Source: Octopus bimaculoides (taxonomy: Eukaryota). Taken from it: a stretch of 64,000 bases of DNA. The stretch spans positions 88,427,180 to 88,491,179 of the forward strand of contig NC_068990.1 in assembly GCF_001194135.2 (NCBI RefSeq), read 5' to 3'. Shown in pieces: positions 52,618 through 63,223 of this stretch (within the stretch, counting starts at the first letter, position 1; every line of letters begins with the position of its first letter). The position numbers were made by a program, and so were the translations under genes. Below the pieces are notes generated by a model. It saw only the letters and a list, made by a program, of their open reading frames with translations, did not search any database and was not told the DNA's origin.

Positions 52618-52851
52618 CCAAAGGTGATCTTTTTACATTTAAAAACACTATCATAGTTGAGAAGGATACTTTTGAAACACTGAAAAATGTGAGCTTAAAG
52701 GAGTGTTATAAAACTTGCCTTCAAAATCCAGGGTGTAACTCTTTTGAGTATAAGGAAGAGGCAAAGATCTGTAATCATAGTAGTGTCAATCACTTGACTT
52801 ATGACCTTAAACCAAGCAAAGATAGTTGGGATACTTACATCATTAACCCAG
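52618..52851 (+). CDS. Exon B8: PAN/apple-like domain, class B (subtype b); absent from the ORF track
   Basis: ttttag|CCAAAG ... CCAG|gtcagt; 234 nt; FTFKNTIIVEKDTFETLKNVSLKECYKTCLQNPGCNSFEYKEEAKIC...WDTYIINP. Confidence 0.87.
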
Positions 52852-52929
52852 GTCAGTAGTGTTTTCATTTTAATTATTATGTATGTGTACGCATCTACAT
52901 GTGTGTATAATAGATTTACATGTATATAC

Positions 52930-52965
<36 letters not shown>

Positions 52966-53029
52966 TCTGTGGCACAGAAGTATTTTTGACTTCTATTTTT
53001 GGCAATGTAGGTGCTCATGTAGTGCCCTT

Positions 53030-53070
<41 letters not shown>

Positions 53071-53593
53071 TACATATTTTATATTGTATGTATGTATTTT
53101 ATTCATTTGCCTGTACGGCTGATAATTCGCTTGCTACTTGTGATGATATTTTAATAATAACATCTCTCATATTTATTTATAAATAATTTCATGCATTTTG
53201 TTTGTTTAAATAGTGTTTGGTCACTTCAAACGAACTTTTGCAGGCATAGTGGAGGAAAATTTTAGTAGTAGTTAGCTGGCAGACTTTGGCTAAAGAGAAA
53301 TAGGCACTTTTTGGTGCACATTTCAAAACTGGTACCAAGTTAACCAGCATTACTTGAAATAATGTACAAAATTAAATATAGATTACATATAAATTGTGTA
53401 TGAAGAGTAAAAATGTATATGAAAAATGATGTATAAAATATAAGGTGAAAATGTAGTGGTATAAATATAAGAAATGTCAGGAATATAAAAATTTATAAAA
53501 GATATAAAGGATAAAAAATAAATACTAAAATAAAGGAAGAAAAAACTATATAAGTAAGCAGTCTAACTTCCCAGTTTCTATTACCAATTCCAG

Positions 53594-53764
53594 TTCATGA
53601 AAAAGTTAACTGTGGACTTCCAAAAGATGTTCCTGGTACATTGAAGTTCTACAAAACCACCACCTATAAATCTGAAGCAACCTATACTTGTTCAAAAGGA
53701 GAACAACTAAAGTCAACATGTGAAATTAACAACAAATGGACTCCTATTGTATCAAACTGTACAG
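53594..53764 (+). CDS. Exon S11: Sushi/CCP domain
   Basis: ttccag|TTCATG ... ACAG|gtaatg; 171 nt; NCGLPKDVPGTL...YTCSKGEQLKSTCEINNKWTPIVSNCT. Confidence 0.88.
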
Positions 53765-55737
53765 GTAATGTAAATAGCTTCTTTCTTGTCTCTATGTAAT
53801 TTTTTTTCTTTTTGTGTTAAACACTTTTGTCAGAAGATGCCTTACTGACTCCATGACACTTTAGATGGTATTTGGTGCTTGTGGCTGGTGGAGGGTGAGA
53901 GCTAGTTATATTCTGACCAGAGACTTTTCCAAATGCTTGTAACAGGGGACATCCTTGATTCTACACAAGGACCAGGTAATGATATGAAATTGAGTGATAG
54001 ATTATGTCTGCCAACCAAGAGCTGGAAGAGTAGAAACTTCTTTTCTCCACCAGGCTTCCACATAGTTTCCATCTACCAAATTTCATCCACAAGGCTTGGT
54101 AGTGAAGCAAATTTTTAACTACACAGACAAAATTCGATCCACTTCCATATTATTGTTATGTAAAATTATATCCACAGGTATGCCTCAGTTCATCTTGGCT
54201 ATTTTTTTCTTAATGTCTAACTTGACCTTTCTCCCCTATACTTTGTGTCATCATCCAAAACTCTGTCCATTATAATGCATTGAGTCCTAGATTTCAGTAA
54301 TCATCTAAAACAGACATCTGATGCTCTTTTTCTCTTCCAATTTACCACCCTTAATGTTTCCTGATTTATGCATGAAGTCAACAATTTTTTGTGGGAGGTG
54401 TTTAGTCAATACTATCAACATACAATTTAACTGATACTTTGTTTTCTGTCCCTGCATAAAGGAAAGCAACTGTAAGCATTTCATCCATATACATTGAAAT
54501 TAAAGATAAAGGTAATCATACAATCCACTTGAATGTAAAAGGATCTCTCTCTAGGACCAATTGAAGAACCCCTTACTATTGAAGATCATCCTGATCTCAA
54601 AGGATAACTATCCTCTCTGATTATTGCTCTCTGACCTACAGACTTATGCACTCTGGTCTTCATCATCTCTCACTATTTTCACTTCATTTTCAATAGTTTT
54701 TCTTGAGGACAGTACCTTCCTCTCTATCATCAACCTCTTTATAACTGAAAATTGAAACACGTGGATGAGGTATTTACCAAAATGGAAAGGCAGTGCCACC
54801 TGATTTTTGTGGAGACCCTGCCAAATCAGACTGGAACCTGGTGCAGCTCTCCGGTTCATTAGCTCCAGTTAAAGCATTTAACCCATGCCAGCATGGAGAG
54901 CGGATGTTAAATGATAATGATGATGATGATCATCATCATCATCATTATCATTAACTCACACCATTCAATCCATATTTATACTAAAAGAACAATTAGGGAA
55001 AAATAAATATGGTCCATTCTTGCATGGTAAATAAATAACAGCTACTTTTTGAACCAAGATATTATGACTGACTAAAATTTCACCCTCAGCGGATAGCAAA
55101 ACTATTATGTTTATGACTTATTCTGGTCATGAAATTCAAAAGAGACAACCTTGTAAAGATAATCACTTTTTTCTTTATCGCATTAAAAGTACAATTTTGA
55201 TGAATTTAATTTTTTTTTAGCTAGCTACATTAAGTTCTGAATTTATTATATATTTATTCACGAGAGGATGATGGAAAGAAAACTATTTTAGTTTTCCAGG
55301 GTAACATATTGTAAAATCACTAAAGTGACGGTTCTTGCTATGACTAGCCATATTAGTTACATTCTGGTTTCAAATCCCAGCAGAGTATACTTTTTCTTTC
55401 ATATTTCTGATGTTGATTAAATGAGCACTAGTGATGTATTGAAGCTGATTTATTTTCATACTGCAGAATCTGTGGCTTTGCATTTACATTAGAAACTATT
55501 GTTGTAAATATTGGTAACACCAACAATAATTATAATTATTCTTGTTGTTAAGGGCAATGGATTGACAGAATCATTAGAAAATCAGACAACATATATTGTA
55601 GTGTTTGTTATGGCTTTTTAACTTCTTAGATCAAATCCTGCTGGTATATAATTGACCAATTCTGATCTCAAAGATTTAGCCTGCTATTTTTATTGTTATT
55701 TTTCTTTATTGTAATTGTTATTTTACTTTAATTCCAG

Positions 55738-55977
55738 TTGCTCAGATCCATTTTGTAAAAGTAAATGGTGCAGCTATGGATTTATCTAAGAAAACATTGT
55801 GGGATAAGAAAAATGTAACAGCAGAAGCCTGTGCAGAAAGATGTGTGTCTGACGAAACTTGTTTATCATTTGAAATAACTAAAGAAAGTGGGAAATGTTA
55901 CTTATCAGAGAGAAGTGCAGCTGCCTCTGAGAAAATAAAAGTAGACAAGGGCAGAGATTACTATCAACAAGTAAAAC
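55738..55977 (+). CDS. Exon A8: PAN/apple-like domain, class A
   Basis: ttccag|TTGCTC ... AAAC|gtaatt; 240 nt; CAERCVSDETCLSFEITKESGKCYLS...RDYYQQV. Confidence 0.88.
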
Positions 55978-56572
55978 GTAATTATTCTTTGTGTTTTATT
56001 GTTCAAATTTTCTTTTCTTTTTTTATTTTTACAAAATTTCTGATTCCATTGTAAAGACAGATTTACCTTAAGAGACAAACACATGCTCCTGAAGAAAAGA
56101 GCCACAGAGGCTCAAATACAAAAGCTTTAGGTTCTGTCTGGACTATAAAAGAATATATACAGAAAAGAAGGGCCTATGGAATGGTGGACATTCGATTCTG
56201 CACCGTAGCGTGCATTTGTTTAACATTGAATGGCCATAATAACACTTGATATTTTGGTTGACCACCTGTTTAAGGTCATACTAACCCTATAAATGCACAC
56301 CATGACACAAGAGATGTACAAATGTATTCTCTTCAGCCAAAATATTGTGACAAGTTTTCGATTAAGTCTGAAGATGTTCTATAACTCACATGAATCCTGA
56401 CTAGGGTATCATTTGTACATCAATTATCTGTTTATAATTAATTGTCCATTTCCAAAATTATGTACGAGATGCTTTACAATAATTATCATGTGGAGCATCT
56501 GGTGTATATTTGTATTTGGGTGGGTGGACGAGTTGAAAATATATTGGTTATTTATTATTTTTTTTTTTGTAG

Positions 56573-56806
56573 CCCATGATAAGCCTTTTGTGTTGAAAAA
56601 AGTTAACATACCAAAGCAGGATATTTTGAAACGGTTTAAGAATGTGAACTTAAAGAAGTGTAATGAAGCTTGCCATCAATATCTAGAATGTAATTCTTAT
56701 CAGTACAATGAGAAAACAAAGTTATGTGATCTGAGTAATGTGACTCAGTTGACTGATAAACTTAAACCCAGTGATGGAAGTTGGGATGTATACGTGATTA
56801 ATCCAG
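56573..56806 (+). CDS. Exon B9: PAN/apple-like domain, class B (subtype a)
   Basis: ttgtag|CCCATG ... CCAG|gtcagt; 234 nt; CNEACHQYLECNSYQYNEKTKLCDLSNVT...WDVYVINP. Confidence 0.88.
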
Positions 56807-56873
56807 GTCAGTAGAGTGTTTCCATCAAATTTATTGCATGCTTTGCTATGTTTATATATATATACATATTATA

Positions 56874-56950
<77 letters not shown>

Positions 56951-56956
56951 GTGATC

Positions 56957-57008
56957 NNNNNNNNNNNNNNNNNNNNNNNNNNNNNNNNNNNNNNNNNNNN
57001 NNNNNNNN
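56957..57008. other. Assembly gap (52 N) with near-duplicated (TG)n flanks
   Basis: ttatatctgtgtg...gtgatc occurs on both sides of the gap. Confidence 0.95.
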
Positions 57009-57013
57009 TTATA

Positions 57014-57064
<51 letters not shown>

Positions 57065-57689
57065 GTGATCATCCTCATCATCATCATTTAAGGTCTGTCT
57101 TCCATGCTGGCATGGGTTGGACAGTTTCACCGGAGCTAGACATGCTGTGGAGCTGCATTAGGTTTTATTGTCTGCTTTGGCCTAGTTTCTACTGCGGATG
57201 CCTTCCCTAATGTCAACCACTTTATAGAGTGCTTTTTAATGTGAGACCAGCATTGGTGCTTTTTATGTGGCACTGACAGCAGTGGAGTCATCAAGTAAAT
57301 TGTGAGACTAAGACCTCTCTGCTTGGAGAGAAGTGGAAACAAAGGAGATGACTTCATGTCAGTTTAGAGTTAAAGGCATAATAGAGAGATAGAGATAGGT
57401 GTCTTACTATAGAAGAGATAATTGGCTACCCCAGTAGGAAAAGAAAGATGAGGAAGAAAAGAGAGAGTTAGAGAGAGTCAGAGTGAGAGAAAGAAACAAG
57501 TAAGTGGTGGGGAGTATAACTGGTACAGAAGTAAGAGAGTAGGTGTTCCACAAGAGTATGAGAGTAGATGTTTAGAGATGGTGAAGAGATGACTGTAGCA
57601 AGTGGTGGTGAGGAAATTTGGACTGGCTGAGAGTGGAGTAGGTAGATAAGTGAAAGTATGATGGAGAGTGTGCTTGTAGACACATAAGG

Positions 57690-59100
57690 GATAGCAGTGG
57701 GTGGTGATCGTGGGTGGGGAGTAGGAGGGTTTTGACAGCGAACAGATTATGTGTGTGACGGGCACACAGCCATAAAGGACATGCCTGTATATATGGATGG
57801 CATAATTTTATCTAGCTTGATATGTCTTCTCATGCACAGCAAATTGCTTGAGGTCTTAGTTGTTTGTCATCTCTGTGAGGCTCAACATCTGAAGATCAGT
57901 CCTCACCACTTCATCCCACATCTTCCTGAATCTGCCTCTTTCACAGGTTTCCTTTATAACTTGAAATCAGTACTTTTTTATGCAGTTGTCCCCATTGCAC
58001 CACATGACCATAGTAACACAGTCTTCTCTTTAGCACACTACATTTGATGCCACTCATACCCAATTTTTCTCTTAAAACATTTACACTCTGTTGTACATGC
58101 ACATCTAGCAGAGCATGCTGGCTTCATTTCTTTCAAGCCTTTGCATGTCCTCTGCTGTCATGGATAATGTCTCACTGCCATGTAGCATAGCAGTTCATAC
58201 ACAAGCATTGTACAATCTACCTTCTACTCTGATGGAGAAATTCTTTCATTCCTACAAATTTAGTAGCTCCCTAAACTTTGCACAGCCTATTCTTATTCTA
58301 GCAGTTATGTTTTCAGAACGACCCATCCACAACTAACTTGGTCACCTAGGTAGAAGAAGCTATCTACTACTTCTAAAGACACCCATTGGACATTGGACAT
58401 TGGAGAAGGTCTATTTCCTCTACATTCTTAGTCTTTATTGTACTTGCACATCTGCTGCATACAAAGACTACTTTCTTTGATAACTTTCTTGTGATACCAC
58501 TGCATTTCTTATGTGTCCATAGCTTGCACTGGGTACACCATATGGAATTCCTATCTACACTTTTTCTACATGTGCATTCTCACCTCCACCTTTACTGCAT
58601 ATGCATCTCATCTAGACTAACTCTCTTCCTAGTTAAGCTATTTCCCCTCTCTGAAACTTTCATGACCTGGTCTAGGAATTTGATACCCCTGTAGTTCTTT
58701 CTAAGGCATCACCTTTACCTTTGCAGTAGGACATGACTGTAATACTGCTGCACCAATCATTGGGTATGACTCCCTGTTGGACAACTTGATTAAGTGTACA
58801 GGTAGCTAGATAATATCAAACTCTGCCAGATATTCTAAGCATCTCGGCAGTGATTTCTGATGGTCTGGGAGCTTTCCATGCTTTCCTATCCTTAATTGCT
58901 TTATCTACCAAGCTACCAGTAGTGATTCAGCTATAAGAACAAGGTCATCAGCAAAGAGGAGCTCTCAGAGCAGCCCATCTCAAGTTCCTCTGTTATTGCC
59001 TGGAGGACTATAATGAACAAGAGGGGTTGACGACTGATCCTTGGTGAACCCCTACTTGCACCCTGAATTCAACGCTATACTCATTACCAACCCTCACCTA
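57690..59100 (-). mobile_element. Degenerate RTE-clade LINE (RT to near 3' end)
   Basis: Minus strand VRVGNEYS.EF.VQVGVHQGS...LLFIIVLQAI...LLFADDLVL, continuing as decayed RTE C-terminal sequence. Confidence 0.75.
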
Positions 59101-59412
59101 GAATAAGTCCTGGGGTTGATTTGCTTGACTAAAGGCAGTGCTCCAGCATGGCCACAGTCAAATGACTGAAACAAGTAAAAGAGTAAGTAGACGGGATGTT
59201 GATAATCTATGTGACACTCTAAATTCAAGAGGAGCAGTCATTCATCTAACTATACACACAAGATAGTGTGTGTGCACTAGCATGCAGGTGTGGAAATGTT
59301 TTCAGTTTGTTCAGTCGTTATCTTTTCTTCTAAATTTATCATTATCTCCTCATTCTCCCTCTCTTCCTAACATATTCTCAAAATTGATATCAATTTCTCT
59401 TATCACTTCCAG

Positions 59413-59583
59413 TTTACACAGAAACTGACTGTGGACAGCCAAAAGACATTTCTGATGCATCAAAATCTTACAACACCACTACCTTTCATTCTGAAGTGAG
59501 CTATTCTTGTCCAGGAGGACATAAGCTAAAAGCAATATGTAAAGAAGGCAATAGATGGCTTCCAGTAATGACTTCTTGTAAAG
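59413..59583 (+). CDS. Exon S12: Sushi/CCP domain
   Basis: ttccag|TTTACA ... AAAG|gtaatg; 171 nt; DCGQPKDISDAS...YSCPGGHKLKAICKEGNRWLPVMTSCK. Confidence 0.88.
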
Positions 59584-60132
59584 GTAATGTAAGAAGGTTC
59601 TCACTTTTTCCTCTGTCTAGATAATTTTGTTTTATTTTTGTGTTGAGTTTCTTTATCAGTGAAAGACTGGCTATACTCATGTCAGTTTTCATGGTCTTTG
59701 TGGCTGGTTGGAAGGAGAGAAGCATTTACATAACCTCAGACCAAATATTTTTGCAAATGCTTGCAACAGAGTGGATGTCATTAAATCTATTCAAAGGCAA
59801 GGTAATGATATCAAATTTAGTTGATACATTAAGTTTTCCACTGAAGAACAGGAAGCACTAGAGCATGTTCTTTCCAGAAGGCTTCCACATAGTTTAGAGT
59901 AAAGATTGTTTGCCAACATAACATGGCAGTCCTGATTTAGGACAAATGTTGCTGTAATTTAGCCCCAGGAGACATTGTCTCCACCTGGCTATATGACGTG
60001 ATCTGTGTCCTTATATTTTCGAACAAGGGAATCGATTCTGACCTCAAATTTTTGTCTTTCTGTCTATGTTAGAAATTATTTTTTTTATTGTTGCTGTTGT
60101 TTTCATTGATGTAAATTTTACTTTAATTCCAG

Positions 60133-60372
60133 TTGCTGAGACCCATTTTGTGAAAATAAAAAGTGCAGCTCTAAATATATCTGGGAAAACATTGTGGAAA
60201 AAAGCAAAAGTAACAGCAGAAGCCTGTGCAGAAAGATGTGTGTCTGACGAAACTTGTGTATCATTTGAAATAATGAGAAAAACTGAGGAATGTTACTTAG
60301 CAAAGAAAAGTGCAGCTACCTCTAAGGAAATAGAAGTAGACGATAGCAGAGACTACTATCAACAAGTAAAAC
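60133..60372 (+). CDS. Exon A9: PAN/apple-like domain, class A
   Basis: ttccag|TTGCTG ... AAAC|gtaatt; 240 nt; CAERCVSDETCVSFEIMRKTEECYLA...RDYYQQV. Confidence 0.88.
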
Positions 60373-61149
60373 GTAATTATTCTTTGTGCTTTATTATTGG
60401 AATTTTCAACACAAACACAGCAGTTCTAAGGGGAGTGTTAATTCATACTACTTACCACAATTCTTGACTGGTATTATATTGTATCTGCACCAGATGATGG
60501 AGTTTGAACTTGGAGTATAATAAGACAGAAGACATAAGCAAGGTAGCATGTCTTTTGCACAGTATTTCACCATTTGTTGCATTCCTTTATAATCTGACAT
60601 GTAAAATAACAGAATAAAGTAATGCTAATTTATTTAGTCATGTATCTCCTATACTTTGGTATGGTTATTATGGCTTTATGCCTTTCCTGTAACCAACCAT
60701 TATACCCACATAAAGAGAGTTCTTTTTTCCATGCTACTAGAATTCGAGAAAATAGGAACAGTTCCATAGTATTAAGTAGAAAACAGCCAGCAAATTCACT
60801 GGAATTGATCACAAGGATTTTGTCTTTCCTACCAAGACCCTTTCTTCTTGATATGCTGTGCTCAGGGAAAACACTAGATTTAGTGACCTCAATGTTTGAA
60901 TACTCATGAATGCCTGCATGCCATTTCTATCATGATGAATCTTTCTTGTCAAAAATAAATGAGAGCCATTTCTTTGTATATCTATGAGACAACTGTAATA
61001 GGCCAAAATTGCCAACCTCACTACAATATGTATTCTGTGTGCAATCAAGAATTTCAGACAAATTCATGGCTCAGGTTTATACAAAGATAATTGCCTATTT
61101 CAAGTAATATGAACAACCCCTTCAGGCCTTGTGGCTATTGTAGAAACTA

Positions 61150-61175
61150 TCATCATCACCACCACGACGACGATG

Positions 61176-61206
<31 letters not shown>

Positions 61207-61215
61207 TCATCATTA
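61150..61215. repeat. (CAT/CAC/GAC)n trinucleotide microsatellite
   Basis: Direct inspection. Confidence 0.9.
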
Positions 61216-62008
61216 TTCAACATTTGATAGTTTCAGGCAAATTTCCACTGCATTATTTGCTACACCTCTGTGTTGCTGATGTGTGTGCAGCCTTGTGTGG
61301 TCTTGTTTTCTTTCTGCTGTTGGGGGAGTACAAACTCTTCCAAGTATTGTATTGCATCCATTTGTTTTGTCATGTGGTTTGACTTTAGTCTTTTGTTGTA
61401 TTAGTGTTTGCATTGTGTGTTGTGTGTGTAATGCGAGTTGTGTTCTTCTGTTGGGTATCCGACCTATAGAGTACATGTTGTAGTGGTTGTTTATTTTATT
61501 GGATATTTACTGTGTAGAGTGAATCTTGTGTTTGTAAATTGTTTATTCAGGTTGTACTATTGAAGTGATAATGTTTTACACAAGATGTGGGCTTCTCCGA
61601 GCAGGGATATTTTTTGGAGTGTGTAGAATTCTATTATATCATAAGACATAGTTGGAAGCCACCTCATTGTTTAGATTGCAAATTATGTGTCAATCTGTCT
61701 TCTGCTGATGTGCTTTTCTTTAAAATTAAATGGCTATAACAACACTTGACACATCAGTTGGTCATCAGTTTAACAGCACTTAGGCCATTACAAGAGGAAT
61801 GTACAAAAGGATTATATGCTACTTATATTTTGAAACAAGGTTTCAAATGAGTCTCAAGATTTTCTACACTCACATGAATTCTGACTAAGCTGTCATTTTG
61901 TGGATCAATTTTTTTGTTTATAATAAATTGTACTACATAGATGCTATATAATATTTAATGTATGTTTGAGTATAAAATGTATTTCTTGTTTCCTTTCTTT
62001 CTTTCTAG

Positions 62009-62242
62009 TTGATGAGGATATTTTTACATTTAAAAATATTATCTTAGATGTGCAGGATGTTTTTGAACCACTGACAAATCTGAGCTTGAAGGAGTGTAAT
62101 GGAGCTTGTCGTCAGACTCCAGGATGTAACTCTTATAAGTATAATGAAAAGAGAAAGTCCTGTCATGGAAACAATGCAACTTACTTGATCCATGACCTGA
62201 AGCCAAACAAAAAGGGTTGGGATACTTACATCATTAACCCAG
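62009..62242 (+). CDS. Exon B10: PAN/apple-like domain, class B (subtype b)
   Basis: ttctag|TTGATG ... CCAG|gtcagt; 234 nt; FTFKNIILDVQDVFEPLTNLSLKECNGACRQTPGCNSYKYNEKRKSC...WDTYIINP. Confidence 0.87.
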
Positions 62243-62329
62243 GTCAGTAGGGAGTTTACATTTTATTTATTGCGCATGCAATTACATGTGTGTGTTTGTG
62301 TGTCTTTGCATTTATGTACATGTGTGTGT

Positions 62330-62366
<37 letters not shown>

Positions 62367-62405
62367 AAAATAAAAGAGAGGTTTGTATGATAGTGTATAG
62401 AGGAA

Positions 62406-62760
62406 TATATTATTTAAAAGAGTTCCAACTCTGTCTGTTTTTTATGTTTTATTTATATTCTTATAAAATTAATGTGGGATATAGAATATAGAATATATAA
62501 TATAAATAGTAAAATGAAATGAAGTATTGAATGTCTTATTGAATATATGAAATATTGAGTATTAAATATATAAGGACTAGTATACTTTCCTGATGACTGC
62601 CATGAGGCAGGAAAGTATACTAGTCCTTATATAAGACATTTGATACTTCATTTCATTGTACTAGTTATATTATATATTCCATATTCTATATCCCACATTA
62701 ATTTTATAAGAATATAAATAAAACATAAAAAACAGAGTTGGAACTCTTTTAAATAATATA
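62406..62760. repeat. Long AT-rich inverted repeat (about 355 bp) with a hammerhead-like core at its apex
   Basis: Arm 62406-62592 is the near-exact reverse complement of 62608-62760, apart from two small indels and a few substitutions; CTGATGA-ctgc-catgag-gcag-GAAA at 62590-62614. Confidence 0.9.
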
Positions 62761-62792
62761 CTTATATATATATACATGATAGCCATCTACTC

Positions 62793-63130
62793 ATGACCAA
62801 GGAAGACCATTGCTGACCTTTAAGAATATTGTGCGCTCTAGGACTAATATTTTGCATTTGCAGCTCTGTTGGTGGCTAATGAGCCCTACTCTTGATAAAC
62901 ATACATGACTGCAAACATTGCAAATCAAGCTTTCTTCATTCACTACACTAGCAGTGCACTTTCGAGTAGCACGCTTAAATTTTTCATGCAGAATACGTAC
63001 TCTCTCAAAGGTGTCAACCCCCTCCTTAACCTGCTTCCTCCATCTGTAGTGATGACAGGCGTTGCTCTCCCAGACAGTCTCCTGCATATCACAGGCCTTT
63101 ATTGAGGACTTGGCTCAGTCTTTAAATCAC
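62793..63130 (-). mobile_element. RTE-clade LINE extreme 3' coding end
   Basis: LICNVCSHVCLSRVGLISHQQSC matches the C..C...C.SRIGL.SH C-terminal finger of RTE elements. Confidence 0.7.
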
Positions 63131-63223
63131 AGCCTTGGTTTCTGCCAAGATCTTCTGTTGTATCATTATCAATTTCTGCTCTTTCTCACTCAGCTCCTAA
63201 TATATACTTATAATCAATTCTAG

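Noticed and set aside
56870-57066. Apparent direct duplication around the N run
   Set aside because: Near-identical microsatellite flanks either side of a scaffold gap indicate unmerged contig overlap, not biology.
1521-57210. Many YIYI / THTH / CVCV / MYVC ORFs in the track
   Set aside because: Translations of (TA)n, (TG)n and (TACA)n microsatellites, which lack stops in some frames.
32769-59861. Mutually similar short ORFs after Sushi exons (32769, 47995, 53933, 59640; FHIV.I.QI motif) as a small-protein family
   Set aside because: The similarity comes from duplicated intron DNA that ends in a SINE-like remnant. Frames, starts and stops are not conserved between copies.
7230-60467. Hydrophobic N- and C-terminal extensions on PAN ORFs as transmembrane helices
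   Set aside because: They lie outside the AG/GT boundaries and are in-frame read-through of T-rich intron sequence. The leader possibility is kept only as a low-confidence finding.
61091-61279. His-rich ORF
   Set aside because: It is a (CAT/CAC)n microsatellite in an intron.
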